Below, piece by piece: positions 1 through 13,119 of a stretch of DNA of 50,002 nucleotides. The notes under the pieces were generated by a model, which was not told where the DNA came from, did no database searches, and saw nothing but the letters and a program-made list of their open reading frames with translations. Source of the DNA: Gammaproteobacteria bacterium (lineage in GTDB: Bacteria; Pseudomonadota; Gammaproteobacteria; Ga0077554; Ga007554); contig JAGVME010000012.1 in assembly GCA_020053945.1 (NCBI GenBank), positions 1 to 50,002 of the forward strand, given 5' to 3'. A program made the position numbers and the translations under genes. Positions within the stretch are counted from its first letter, which is position 1. Every line of letters starts with the position of its first letter.

Positions 1-49
1 AGCTGCTGATCAAGTAGTCTGTGTATAGTTCAAGGTTTTGTTTGTCCAT
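1..49 (-). CDS. 5' end (16 codons) of an ORF that runs off the left edge; possibly the N-terminus of an IS-type transposase
   Basis: The reverse-strand ATG at 49 reads MDKQNLELYTDYLISS... An in-frame stop lies just upstream (92-94), so this is the first possible start. The LYxDYLxSS opening resembles my recollection of IS4/IS701-like transposase N-termini, which cannot be verified here. Confidence 0.3.
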   Translation of the reverse strand, partial: MDKQNLELYTDYLISS

Positions 50-121
50 AGGCTTTAGTATGCCATCATCGGTGAGGGGGGCTGCGTAACATCAGTTAAT
101 GATTACATCACCCCGCGTGCC

Positions 122-1165
122 GTGTTTGAAGGTGGCATCAATAATGGCCTGACGCCGCCGCGTCTCGGCGCCGCCACCCTGGCATATCTGCGTAACCCCG
201 ACTGGGTCGCTGTCGAAAAAGACCTCGCCTGGCAGGCCCAGCCCGACAACCACATAATCACCCTGCATGACCCCGCCTATCCCCCCTTGCTCAAGCAGAT
301 TGCCGATGCGCCGCCCCTGCTGTTTGTGCGCGGCCAGCCCAGTGTGCTGGCGCGGCCTCAGCTCGCCATGGTGGGGAGCCGTAACCCGTCCGCCGGGGGT
401 AAAGAGATTGCCCATGATTTTGCGCGGCACCTGGCCAGTGTCAGGCTCACCATCACCAGTGGCCTGGCGCTGGGGATTGATGCCGCCAGCCATCAAGGCG
501 CCTTAAGTGCTGGCGGCGTCACCGTCGCGGTGACCGGCACCGGGCTGGATCGTGTCTACCCGGCGCGTCACCGTGATCTGGCGCACCGCATCGCCACCCA
601 CGGCGCCCTGGTGTCGGAATTCCCTCCCGGCACACCGCCCTTGCCGGAAAACTTTCCCCGGCGTAACCGCATCATCAGCGGCCTGAGCGTGGGCGTGTTG
701 GTGGTGGAAGCCGCGCTGCAAAGCGGCTCCCTGATCACCGCCCGCTTGGCGGGAGACCAGGGGCGTGAAGTCTTCGCCATTCCCGGCTCCATTCACAACC
801 CGCTGGCGCGGGGTTGCCATGCCTTAATCCGCCAAGGCGCCAAATTAGTGGAGAATGTGCATGATATACTGGAAGAATTAGGCGCTTGTTTTATAGTAAA
901 GGGGCTTAATACGCAGGGCGAATCACCCCCGCACAAAACTGATTTTGAGTCGGATGCGGAGGCGGCATTTGATGATAATCAACTGAAATTGCTAAGTTTT
1001 ATGGACTTTTCACCCGTTTCTGTCGATATTTTGGTAGAGCGAAGTGGATTGACGCCAGAGCAGGTTTCCTCCATGCTTTTGGTATTGGAATTGCATAATA
1101 GGGTTGAATCGGTGGCCGGTGGCCTTTATATATGCCGGAATATACGGGTGAGCGGGAGATCCTGA
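122..1165 (+). CDS. dprA: DNA-processing protein DprA (Smf)
   Basis: 347-aa ORF with DprA core motifs (GLALGIDAASHQGAL, VAVTGTGLDRVYP, FPRRNRIISGLS, SGSLITA) and a C-terminal winged-helix-like tail. It uses a GTG start. The frame is open only from nt 59, so the N-terminal SAM-like region looks short. Confidence 0.9.
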   Translation: MFEGGINNGLTPPRLGAATLAYLRNPDWVAVEKDLAWQAQPDNHIITLHDPAYPPLLKQIADAPPLLFVRGQPSVLARPQLAMVGSRNPSAGGKEIAHDFARHLASVRLTITSGLALGIDAASHQGALSAGGVTVAVTGTGLDRVYPARHRDLAHRIATHGALVSEFPPGTPPLPENFPRRNRIISGLSVGVLVVEAALQSGSLITARLAGDQGREVFAIPGSIHNPLARGCHALIRQGAKLVENVHDILEELGACFIVKGLNTQGESPPHKTDFESDAEAAFDDNQLKLLSFMDFSPVSVDILVERSGLTPEQVSSMLLVLELHNRVESVAGGLYICRNIRVSGRS

Positions 1166-1166
1166 A

Positions 1167-1649
1167 ATGAAAGAAAACGTGTTGGATATCCTGATGTACC
1201 TGTTCGAGAACTATCTTGAAGGTGAGTTGGAATTCACTTCCAACCAGGAAGCATTAAAAAAAGAGTTGATCGAAGCCGGCTTTAATTACGGTGAAATCGA
1301 CAAAGCCTTTGCGTGGCTCGAAGGCATGGCGCGGCTGCGTGAAAATGGCGCGGCGGTATTGCTGCCGGTCGGTAACTCCATCCGTGTTTTTACTGATGAA
1401 GAAGTGAGCAAGCTGGATACAGAATGCCGTGGTTTCCTGCTGTTTCTGGAGCAAATCGGCGTGCTGGACCTCACCAACCGGGAGTTGGTCATTGATCGCA
1501 TCATGGCGCTGGAAAGCAGCGACGACATTGATCTTGCCCAACTGAAATGGGTGATCCTCATGGTGTTGTTTAACCAGCCCGGCCAGGAAGCCGCCTTCGC
1601 CTGGATGGAAGATTTAGTCTTCGACGAAATCACCCATAGCTTGCATTAA
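1167..1649 (+). CDS. smg: Smg protein (DUF494)
   Basis: 160 aa beginning MKENVLDILMYLFENY..., in the conserved dprA-smg-topA position. The start lies 1 nt after the dprA stop. Confidence 0.9.
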   Translation: MKENVLDILMYLFENYLEGELEFTSNQEALKKELIEAGFNYGEIDKAFAWLEGMARLRENGAAVLLPVGNSIRVFTDEEVSKLDTECRGFLLFLEQIGVLDLTNRELVIDRIMALESSDDIDLAQLKWVILMVLFNQPGQEAAFAWMEDLVFDEITHSLH

Positions 1650-1688
1650 TCCTGAATACACGCTACAAGGTTGCATCCAAACAGTTCA

Positions 1689-1730
1689 CTCCCCCTCTCC
1701 CGCCTGCGGGAGAGGGTTGGGGAGAGGGGA
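1689..1730. repeat. GC-rich hairpin repeat (CCCTCTCCCGC-ct-GCGGGAGAGGG followed by TTGGGGAGAGGGG)
   Basis: Perfect 11-bp inverted repeat at 1693-1703/1706-1716 in the smg-topA spacer. It belongs to the 'gggagaggg' REP-like class common in proteobacterial intergenic regions. It may act as a terminator or attenuator. Confidence 0.5.
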
Positions 1731-1779
1731 AGCAAATGCGCAGCATCAGTTATAACTTCCGCTGGAATTGCCCCAACCC

Positions 1780-4119
1780 ATGAAAAACCTGCTGATTGTT
1801 GAATCGCCCGCCAAGGCTAAAACCTTGAAGAAATACTTGGGCAAGGATTTTGAAATCCTTGCCTCGTATGGTCATGTGCGCGATCTACTGCCCAAAGAAG
1901 GCGCCGTCGATACCGCCCACGATTTTTCAATGAAATATCAGCTCATCGAAAAAAATGAAAAGCATGTAGACGCCATCGTCAAAGCCATGAAAAAGGCAGA
2001 CGTGCTGTATCTGGCAACCGATCCAGACCGTGAAGGCGAAGCCATTTCCTGGCATCTGTATGAAATTCTCAAGCAAAAGAAACTACTCAAAGACAAGCCG
2101 GTGCATCGCGTCGCGTTCTACGAAATAACCAAGCGCGCCGTTAATGCCGCCGTAGAAAACCCGCGCGAATTGTCCATGGAGCTGGTGAATGCCCAGCAGG
2201 CGCGGCGCGCGCTGGATTATCTGGTGGGTTTCAATCTGTCACCGTTGTTGTGGAAGAAAATCCGCCGTGGCTTGTCAGCCGGGCGTGTGCAGAGCCCGGC
2301 GTTACGCATGATTGTCGAGCGCGAAGAAGAAATCGAAAAATTCATTGTGCGCGAATATTGGAGCATCGCCGCCAGTCTCACCAAAAAGGCGGAACGCTTC
2401 TCGGCAAAACTCACCCATTATCAAGATAAAAAACTCGAACAATTCAGCATTACCGACAGCGAGCAGGCCGCGCAGGCTCAAGAGGCTTTGTTGCGTGCCG
2501 CCGCCGGAAAACTGGTGGTCACCAAAGTTGATAAAAAGCAGCGCAAGCGCAATCCTTCGCCGCCGTTCACCACCTCCACCCTGCAACAGGAAGCGTCACA
2601 CAAGTTGGGCTTTACCGCGCAGCGCACCATGCGTCTCGCGCAACAGTTGTATGAAGGTATTGACACCGGCAGCGGCGCCGTCGGCTTGATTACCTATATG
2701 CGTACCGACTCGGTGAATCTTGCTCAAGACGCGCTGGCTGAAATCCGCGAGCTGATTGCCGTGCGTTATGGCAAAGATAATGTGCCCGCGCAACCGCACA
2801 TTTATAAAACCAAATCAAAAAACGCCCAGGAAGCGCATGAAGCGATTCGCCCCACCGCCGCTGAGCGTGTGCCAGAATCCATCAAAGATAGCCTGAGCGC
2901 CGAGCAATATAAATTGTATGACCTGATCTGGAAGCGCACTATCGCCTGCCAGATGATTCCTGCGACGCTTGATACCGTGGCCGTCGACATGACGGCGGGC
3001 GAAGGCAATATCTTCCGAGCCAATGGCTCCGTGATTGTCGACCCAGGGTTCATGGCGGTGTATCAGGAAAGTGTGGATGACGTCAAAGACAGTGCCGCAG
3101 ACGCATCAGGCAAAGGCAGCAGCGACGATGAGCGCCGTTTGCCCGCCTTGCTGGTGGGTGAGAAAGTCGATGTGCTGGGCATCGAGCCGGAACAGCATTT
3201 CACCGAACCGCCGCCGCGTTATGGCGAAGCCAGTTTGATTAAGGCGCTCGAAGAACGCGGCATTGGCCGCCCGTCGACGTATGCCAGCATTATTTCCACC
3301 TTGCAGCAGCGCGAATATGTAGAGTTGGACAAACGGCGCTTTAAACCTACCGATGTGGGGCGCATCGTCAATAAATTTCTCACCGAATATTTTACGCAAT
3401 ATGTCGACTATGATTTCACAGCGCACCTCGAAGACGAGTTGGACGCAGTATCGCGCGGCGAGAAAGACTGGGTGCCATTGCTACGGGATTTTTGGACACC
3501 GTTCAAGGCGCTGGTCGATAACACCCAGGAAAATGTCGAACGCAAAGACGTTACCCAGGAAGCCATGGATGAAGCCTGCCCCAAGTGCGGCAAGCCCTTG
3601 TCGATACGCCTCGGCAGGCGCGGCCGCTTTATAGGGTGCACCACGTATCCCGAATGTGATTACACGCGTAATCTTAGCGAAGAAGCCGGCGAGGAAACCG
3701 TGCCTGAAGTGGTGGAGGGACGCACTTGCCCCAAGTGCGACTCAGCGCTCATCATGCGCATGGGGCGCTATGGCAAGTTCATCGGCTGCAGCACCTATCC
3801 CGAATGCAAACACATCGAACCGCTGGAAAAACCCGCCGACACCGGCGTCGATTGCCCGGTGTGCCATAAAGGCACGCTCCTCAAGCGTAAATCACGCTAC
3901 GGCAAAATATTTTATTCCTGCGCCACCTATCCCGATTGCACCTATGCCGTCTGGAACGAGCCAGTGAAAGAACCCTGCCCAAAATGCAACTGGCCGTTGC
4001 TCACCATTAAAACCACCAAGCGCCGTGGCACAGAAAAAGTCTGCCCGCAAAAAGAATGCGGCCACGCCGAGCCGTATGCGGTGGAAGAAGCCGGTGCTGA
4101 GCCAGTGGATGCCGGATAG
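1780..4119 (+). CDS. topA: DNA topoisomerase I
   Basis: TOPRIM N-terminus MKNLLIVESPAKAKTL, DPDREGEAISWH, and the active-site region ITYMRTDS. There are four C-terminal zinc ribbons (CPKCG...YPEC type). The ATG at 1780 is preferred over the TTG at 1768. Confidence 0.95.
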   Translation: MKNLLIVESPAKAKTLKKYLGKDFEILASYGHVRDLLPKEGAVDTAHDFSMKYQLIEKNEKHVDAIVKAMKKADVLYLATDPDREGEAISWHLYEILKQKKLLKDKPVHRVAFYEITKRAVNAAVENPRELSMELVNAQQARRALDYLVGFNLSPLLWKKIRRGLSAGRVQSPALRMIVEREEEIEKFIVREYWSIAASLTKKAERFSAKLTHYQDKKLEQFSITDSEQAAQAQEALLRAAAGKLVVTKVDKKQRKRNPSPPFTTSTLQQEASHKLGFTAQRTMRLAQQLYEGIDTGSGAVGLITYMRTDSVNLAQDALAEIRELIAVRYGKDNVPAQPHIYKTKSKNAQEAHEAIRPTAAERVPESIKDSLSAEQYKLYDLIWKRTIACQMIPATLDTVAVDMTAGEGNIFRANGSVIVDPGFMAVYQESVDDVKDSAADASGKGSSDDERRLPALLVGEKVDVLGIEPEQHFTEPPPRYGEASLIKALEERGIGRPSTYASIISTLQQREYVELDKRRFKPTDVGRIVNKFLTEYFTQYVDYDFTAHLEDELDAVSRGEKDWVPLLRDFWTPFKALVDNTQENVERKDVTQEAMDEACPKCGKPLSIRLGRRGRFIGCTTYPECDYTRNLSEEAGEETVPEVVEGRTCPKCDSALIMRMGRYGKFIGCSTYPECKHIEPLEKPADTGVDCPVCHKGTLLKRKSRYGKIFYSCATYPDCTYAVWNEPVKEPCPKCNWPLLTIKTTKRRGTEKVCPQKECGHAEPYAVEEAGAEPVDAG

Positions 4120-4155
4120 TGGGCGCTACGCACGGTAATACATGACGGTACCCGC

Positions 4156-4638
4156 GTGACATCCGAACCCGCGCCAGAAAATGCCTATTGGCCCACGCAT
4201 GCGGCACTCCTGCTGCACAGTTACCAACATTGGACGGGACGCGCTTTACTCGTTGATGACGCCCCCGCCCGTGCCCTGTACCACGCCCCCTTCGCCGTTC
4301 TCTCGCACGACGCCACGCCCGACCCATGCTTCACCTACGCCAATCTCGTGGCGCAAACTGTGTTTGAAATGCCCTGGCCTGAAATCATCGGCCTGCCCTC
4401 CCGCTACTCCGCAGACACCCCCTCCCAATCCGAACGCGCACACCTGTTGGAACGCGTCACAACCCAAGGCTATATCGACGACTACAGCGGCGTGCGCATC
4501 ACCCGCTCCGGCAAACGCTTCCTTATACAACAGGCCACGGTGTGGAATCTGCTGCGCCCGACAGGTAACCGGCTGGGCCAGGCGGCGTGTTTCATGCCGG
4601 GTGGGGGTTTTTGCACTGCACCGAAACTGCCGGATTGA
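4156..4638 (+). CDS. MEKHLA domain-containing protein
   Basis: 160 aa. The pattern HSYQHWTGR...APFAVLSH...DPCFTYAN...FEMPW...LPSRYSA...ER..LL..V...GYIDDYSGVRI..SGKRF.I..ATVWNL matches bacterial MEKHLA proteins. GTG start. Confidence 0.7.
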   Translation: MTSEPAPENAYWPTHAALLLHSYQHWTGRALLVDDAPARALYHAPFAVLSHDATPDPCFTYANLVAQTVFEMPWPEIIGLPSRYSADTPSQSERAHLLERVTTQGYIDDYSGVRITRSGKRFLIQQATVWNLLRPTGNRLGQAACFMPGGGFCTAPKLPD

Positions 4639-4689
4639 TGCGCGGTAGGATTAAGATTTTGATAAATAATTAAAACTACCTGCCATTAA

Positions 4690-5781
4690 TCACGTGTCCA
4701 CCCCTACCGTTTCGCCCACACTGTTAAACCCATCGCGGCGCAGCAACTCCAGCAATTGGGTTTTGATGGAACGGACCATGGCCGGACCTTGATAGATAAA
4801 TGCAGTATACGCCTGGACTAAACTCGCTCCCGCGCGCAGCTTTTCATAGGCATCGTGGCCATTGCTGATGCCACCCACGCCAATGATAGGGACGCGCTTG
4901 CCGACAACACGATACAAGGCGCGGATCACCTGCGTGCTGCGGTTGCGCAACGGCATGCCGCTGAGCCCGCCCATTTCATTGACGTTAGAGATAAGGCCTT
5001 CACGGCTTAAGGTGGTGTTGGTGGCAATCAGCCCGTCAATGCCAGCGCCTGATACCAGCGCCAATCCGCCAATCGCTTCCAAATCTTCTGCCGCAAGATC
5101 AGGGGCTATTTTGAGTAAACAGGGCATAGGCACGCGCTGGTGCTGTGCGGCAAGGCGCTGATTAGCGGCCTGGATGTGCGCCATTAACCCACCCAGGGCA
5201 TCCACACCTTGCAGCAGGCGCAGGCCCGGCGTATTGGGCGAGCTGACATTAATAACGCAGTAATCGCCGTAAGGAAACAGCTTTTCAAATGCGGCAATAT
5301 AATCTTGTGCGGCGTCTTCTAATGGCGTGTCTTTATTTTTACCCAGATTGATGCCCAGTGGTACGCCTGCCTTGCCAAGGCACGCCAGGCGTACGGCAAC
5401 AGCGTCTGCCCCATCATTAGGAAAGCCCATGCGGTTGATAATGGCCTGGTCGGCGGACAAGCGAAAGATACGGGGACGGGGGTTCCCCTGTTGTGGGCGC
5501 GGCGTGACGGTGCCGATTTCGATGAAACCAAAACCCAGCGCCGCCAACGCCGGGATAGTACGCGCATTTTTATCAAAACCGGCGGCCATGCCCAGCGGAT
5601 TGGGAAAGCGTAAACCCCACAGGGTTTGGGCAAGGCGGGAATCTTCACATCCATAAACAGCAGCTACCGCCGCACGGCTGATGCGGCACTGGCCCGTTTT
5701 TTCCAGCCCACGGATGGCAAGATCATGCGCTTGCTCAGGATCAAGCTGAAAAATGGCAGGCTTTAAGAGGCTATAGAACAC
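4690..5781 (-). CDS. pyrD: Dihydroorotate dehydrogenase (quinone), class 2
   Basis: 363 aa with an N-terminus ([15 protein letters not shown]) like E. coli PyrD, plus [16 protein letters not shown] and IGVGGI motifs. Confidence 0.95.
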   Translation of the reverse strand: MFYSLLKPAIFQLDPEQAHDLAIRGLEKTGQCRISRAAVAAVYGCEDSRLAQTLWGLRFPNPLGMAAGFDKNARTIPALAALGFGFIEIGTVTPRPQQGNPRPRIFRLSADQAIINRMGFPNDGADAVAVRLACLGKAGVPLGINLGKNKDTPLEDAAQDYIAAFEKLFPYGDYCVINVSSPNTPGLRLLQGVDALGGLMAHIQAANQRLAAQHQRVPMPCLLKIAPDLAAEDLEAIGGLALVSGAGIDGLIATNTTLSREGLISNVNEMGGLSGMPLRNRSTQVIRALYRVVGKRVPIIGVGGISNGHDAYEKLRAGASLVQAYTAFIYQGPAMVRSIKTQLLELLRRDGFNSVGETVGVDT

Positions 5782-5833
5782 TGGCTTAACCTGGTAAAAA
5801 ACATTTTAGTACGGACACGTACTGTTTACGGGA

Positions 5834-6925
5834 TTATTTCGCGGCACCCATTTCCAGGGCGCGGCGGCGGCTGGCGGCGGCATCCCATAGGGCGTTTTCA
5901 TCATGCCAGCCTTGGCTATGCTGAGCCACTAATGCAGCCAAGGCCTGGATATGGTCAGGCCGGTCATTCAGCGCGGGGATGTAGCTGTAACGCTCGCCCC
6001 CCGCCTTAAGAAACACACCACGATTCAGCATCGCCATTTCTTCGAGGGTTTCCAGGCAGTCTGCGGAAAAGCCGGGGCATACGATATCGACACTTTTTAC
6101 GCCGGACTTACCCCAGGATTCAAGGGTTTCGTTTGTATATGGCTTCAACCATTCTTCCCGGCCAAAAAGTGACTGAAATGCCACTTGCCAGCGGTCTTGC
6201 GGCAAACCCAATTGCTCCGCAACTAGGCGCGCCGTGACATGGCATTCGCAGTGATACGGGTCACCCGCCAGCAGGCAGCGCTTGGGGATGCCATGAAATG
6301 AGAATAACAGTTTTTCGGCCTGACCGTGCTGCGCCCAATGCTCCCGCACGCTGGCCACCACGGCTTTGATATAGCCAGGGTCGTCATGATAATGCGTAAT
6401 CATGCGCAGCTCCGGTATCCAGCGCCACGCTTTGAAGACAGCCGCCACCGCATCAAACGTGGAAGCTGCCGTAGCCGCGGCATATTGGGGGTAGAGTGGA
6501 AATACCAGGATGCGCTGCGCATTGGCTTGCCGCAATTCGTCCAATGCATCCGCTATCGAAGGGTTGCCGTAACGCATGCCTAGCGCCACTTTAACCGAGG
6601 CACCACGCTGCTGTGTCAACACACTTTGCAATGCAGCCGCTTGCCGTCGCGCAATCACCAGCAGGGGTGAACCTTCGTTCGTCCAGATGCTTTGATAGGC
6701 ATGTGCGGAGCGTTTGGGACGTGTGCGCAGAATCACTCCATGCAAAATAATCCACCACACCGGCCGGGGTATTTCAACAATGCGGGGATCCCATAAAAAC
6801 TCGGCAAGGTAACGGCGCAAGGCCGTAGGGGTGGGTGCGTCTGGCGTGCCGAGATTAGTGACTAATATGCCGAGGGGGGGTACAGTACCATGCACATAAT
6901 CTTTTCCGCTTTGATCCATACTCAC
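5834..6925 (-). CDS. hemH: Ferrochelatase
   Basis: 363 aa with GILVTNLGTPDAP, YLAEFLWDPRIVE, PLYPQY, SFHGIP and CPGFSADCLETLEE. Start is the GTG at 6925 or the ATG at 6919. Confidence 0.95.
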   Translation of the reverse strand: MSMDQSGKDYVHGTVPPLGILVTNLGTPDAPTPTALRRYLAEFLWDPRIVEIPRPVWWIILHGVILRTRPKRSAHAYQSIWTNEGSPLLVIARRQAAALQSVLTQQRGASVKVALGMRYGNPSIADALDELRQANAQRILVFPLYPQYAAATAASTFDAVAAVFKAWRWIPELRMITHYHDDPGYIKAVVASVREHWAQHGQAEKLLFSFHGIPKRCLLAGDPYHCECHVTARLVAEQLGLPQDRWQVAFQSLFGREEWLKPYTNETLESWGKSGVKSVDIVCPGFSADCLETLEEMAMLNRGVFLKAGGERYSYIPALNDRPDHIQALAALVAQHSQGWHDENALWDAAASRRRALEMGAAK

Positions 6926-6940
6926 TTACAGCCTTATTTT

Positions 6941-7309
6941 TTAAACTTTGTCAGACGGTTCTTGTATTTCTTTATGTACTTCGGTCATATCGACCGCCTG
7001 GACTTTTTCAATCACGTCATGCAATGCCGCGGCAGGCAATGCACCTGCTTGCATAAAAATAACCACGCTTTCACGTACTGCCATCAGCGTGGGGATGGAA
7101 CGGACTTGAAAGTGTTCCGCCAGCTCCTGCTCAACTTCAGTATTGATTTTGCCAAAAGCAATATCTGGGTACTGTTCTGCCACCTGTTCGTAAATGGGGG
7201 CAAAGGAACGGCAGGGGCCACACCACGGCGCCCAGAAATCTACCATGACAATGTTATGAGCGGCAACGATGTCAGAAAAACTTTCTTTGGTGAGCTCTAT
7301 AACGGCCAC
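6941..7309 (-). CDS. Thioredoxin-family protein
   Basis: 122 aa with the FWAPWCGPC active site and the SIPTL cis-Pro loop. It ends 15 nt upstream of hemH. Confidence 0.9.
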   Translation of the reverse strand: MAVIELTKESFSDIVAAHNIVMVDFWAPWCGPCRSFAPIYEQVAEQYPDIAFGKINTEVEQELAEHFQVRSIPTLMAVRESVVIFMQAGALPAAALHDVIEKVQAVDMTEVHKEIQEPSDKV

Positions 7310-7356
7310 AAAGGCATCCTCATTTTCAATAAAGTTAAATTACAACTTAGGGAGCC

Positions 7357-7479
7357 GCTGATTAATGTGTCATTTCGACCACAGGGAGAAATCTTTCATG
7401 AAGAGAATTTTAAAGATAATTATGGCGTTAAATAAAGATTTCTCCCGGTGGTCGAAATGACAATCCTGATTTAATCAGC
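7357..7479. repeat. MITE-like imperfect inverted repeat (arms of about 40 bp, loop of about 37 bp)
   Basis: The left arm GCTGATTAATGTGTCATTTCGACCACAGGGAGAAATCTTT (7357-7396) pairs with the right arm AAAGATTTCTCCCGGTGGTCGAAATGACAATCCTGATTTAATCAGC (7434-7479). It lies between htpG and the thioredoxin gene. Confidence 0.7.
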
Positions 7480-7571
7480 AGTTTCTTAGCAAAATACTTT
7501 AATATTACTCAAGGATGCTGTCAATGTAAAACGGAAACCCAGAAGCTGGATTGCCGTTTTTACAATTTACT

Positions 7572-11299
<3,728 letters not shown>

Positions 11300-11335
11300 T
11301 CAGGACGCAGTATAAATTCAGGGTTATGATATAAC

Positions 11336-12016
11336 ATGTCTGTGGAAAAACGCTCATCACGTGATGTCTATGACGCACTGCGGGAAATGATCCTCAGTTT
11401 TGAGTTATATCCCGGCAGCCGCATTACTGAAACCGAGCTTGCCGATAAGTTTGGCGTAAGCCGCACCCCCGTGCGCGGCGCATTGCAGCGCCTTGAAGCG
11501 GAAGGTTATGTCACCATCCTGTCCAAACAGGGTTGTTTCGTCCGCAATATCGATATTGACTCCCTCACCAGCTATTACCAGGTGCGCATCACGTTAGAGA
11601 TGTTATCCCTGGAAAACGCCTGCATTCACATGCCGGAAAGCGAACTTAAAAACCTTGCCGAGGCGTGGAATCCACAACATCAGAAAGGGCGCACCGATAA
11701 CGCCGATGAAATGGAAGCGTGGGACGAAGCCTTTCACATGACACTGGCCGAAGCGGGCGGTAACTTCGCGCTCGCCGAATATCTGAACGACATCAATCAC
11801 CACATCCGCGTGATTCGCCGCCTCGACTTCACGGATCCACACCGCGTCGACAAAACCTACGACGAGCACTATCTCATCTGCCAACATCTGTTACGCCGTG
11901 ATCTCGCCGCCGCACAAATTTTAATGCGTGCGCACATCACGCGCAGCGAACAATTCGCTAGAACCCTGACTTTAACCCAACTGGCCAGACATAAGTCATC
12001 TCACGCACGGCAGTAA
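11336..12016 (+). CDS. GntR-family transcriptional regulator (FadR/FCD subfamily)
   Basis: 226 aa with an N-terminal wHTH (ELADKFGVSRTPVRGALQRLEAEGYV) and a helical FCD-like C-terminal domain. Confidence 0.85.
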   Translation: MSVEKRSSRDVYDALREMILSFELYPGSRITETELADKFGVSRTPVRGALQRLEAEGYVTILSKQGCFVRNIDIDSLTSYYQVRITLEMLSLENACIHMPESELKNLAEAWNPQHQKGRTDNADEMEAWDEAFHMTLAEAGGNFALAEYLNDINHHIRVIRRLDFTDPHRVDKTYDEHYLICQHLLRRDLAAAQILMRAHITRSEQFARTLTLTQLARHKSSHARQ

Positions 12017-12196
12017 TACTCTTTCATTTACCTCATTTTAGGGCAAAGTTAAAAAAATACGCTCCACAATGATGCAAAAATTTTACGTTTGCCCCCGCTA
12101 TTCACTCTCCCCATTTTTAGAACCTACCTTATTATAAAAATATAATATATTGAATTTAAAGAAATTAAAATATTTCCCCTGCCTTAAACACCCCCT

Positions 12197-12212
12197 TGGC
12201 ACGAATCTAGCT
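12197..12212 (+). promoter_or_regulatory. sigma54-type promoter (-24/-12)
   Basis: TGGCACG-AATC-TAGCT against the consensus TGGCACG-N4-TTGCW, with a single mismatch in the -12 element. It lies 113 nt upstream of the porin-like gene, behind an AT-rich tract. Confidence 0.5.
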
Positions 12213-12223
12213 AGTTAATATTC

Positions 12224-12237
12224 TGTTGTATACAACA
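12224..12237. promoter_or_regulatory. Perfect 14-bp palindrome, candidate GntR operator
   Basis: TGTTGTATACAACA fits the GntR/FadR-type GT-Nx-AC operator architecture. It starts 13 nt downstream of the -12 element. Confidence 0.45.
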
Positions 12238-12324
12238 TTGAACCCCAACAAGAGCCGGTGAGATTATTCCACCCAGGGGAAACCACCAGCACTTTCTAAA
12301 AATTAAAATTGTGGAGAAGGAGTT

Positions 12325-13119
12325 ATGAACATAAAAACATCCCCAACATTCCTGAGTACGCGCTTCTATCAGCGTCTCGCCCTAAGTACTGTGCTTACAG
12401 CCGGACTGGGTATAAGTTACTCCGCCCAATCAGCCGACTGGAGCTCAACCAATATCCAGGTTCTGCGCGGTAACAGCTATGCCCTCATCCCCACCGGTGA
12501 GGAGAGCAAAACGATTATCACTTTCGAACACGCTAATGGCTGGAAGTATGGCGACAACTTCTTTTTTGTGGATATTGCCAACCCCACCACTAAAGGCACT
12601 TCCCACTTTGCAGAGTATTCCCCCCGCCTGAGTTTTGGAAAAATCAGTGGCAAAAATCTCTCCTTTGGCGTCATCCAGGATGTTCTTCTCAGCGGCACCC
12701 TTGAGCTGGGTGATGGTGTACGCGCCAAACTGCTCGGCATAGGCATCGACTGGAAACTGCCCGGTTTCGCCTTTACCCAGCTCAATATCTACGCGCGTGA
12801 GAGCGAGCGTGATTTCGCCGCCATCCAGACTGATACAGGGGGACAAGTAACGCTTTCATGGAAACTGCCTTTCGAAATCGCTACGCAAAAACTGGTTTTT
12901 GAGGGTTTTGCTGATTACGCTTTTGGTGAAAAAGGCGGCAGCATTCCCAAAGAGGACAATCTGGTGGCGGCGCCACGCTTACTGATTGATGTCGGAAATT
13001 GGGTCGGCGCACCTGGGACAGTCCAAGGCGGCGTGGAATATCAAATCTGGCGCAATAAATTTGGCGTCAAAGACGTAGATGAAGACGTGGCGCAGGCAAT
13101 GCTGAAGTGGATTTTCTGA
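12325..13119 (+). CDS. Tsx/OmpK-like outer-membrane channel
   Basis: 264 aa with a signal peptide (..SYSAQSA|DW) and beta-barrel-like alternating hydrophobicity. The segment FAEYSPRLSFGKISGKNLSFG resembles Tsx [21 protein letters not shown]. C-terminal residue is Phe. Confidence 0.6.
   Translation: MNIKTSPTFLSTRFYQRLALSTVLTAGLGISYSAQSADWSSTNIQVLRGNSYALIPTGEESKTIITFEHANGWKYGDNFFFVDIANPTTKGTSHFAEYSPRLSFGKISGKNLSFGVIQDVLLSGTLELGDGVRAKLLGIGIDWKLPGFAFTQLNIYARESERDFAAIQTDTGGQVTLSWKLPFEIATQKLVFEGFADYAFGEKGGSIPKEDNLVAAPRLLIDVGNWVGAPGTVQGGVEYQIWRNKFGVKDVDEDVAQAMLKWIF

Noticed and set aside
4181-4648. 155-aa alternative-frame ORF overlapping the MEKHLA gene
   Set aside because: The Pro/Thr/Arg-rich translation carries no motif. 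The other frame gives a clean MEKHLA-like protein.
6890-7435. 181-aa plus-strand ORF
   Set aside because: It is antisense to the thioredoxin gene and runs into the MITE. Its composition is AT-rich noise.
7398-7460. 20-codon mini-ORF (MKRILKIIMALNKDFSRWSK) in the loop of the MITE, preceded by GGGAG
   Set aside because: There is no independent support. The RBS-like bases and most of the ORF are part of the inverted repeat itself.
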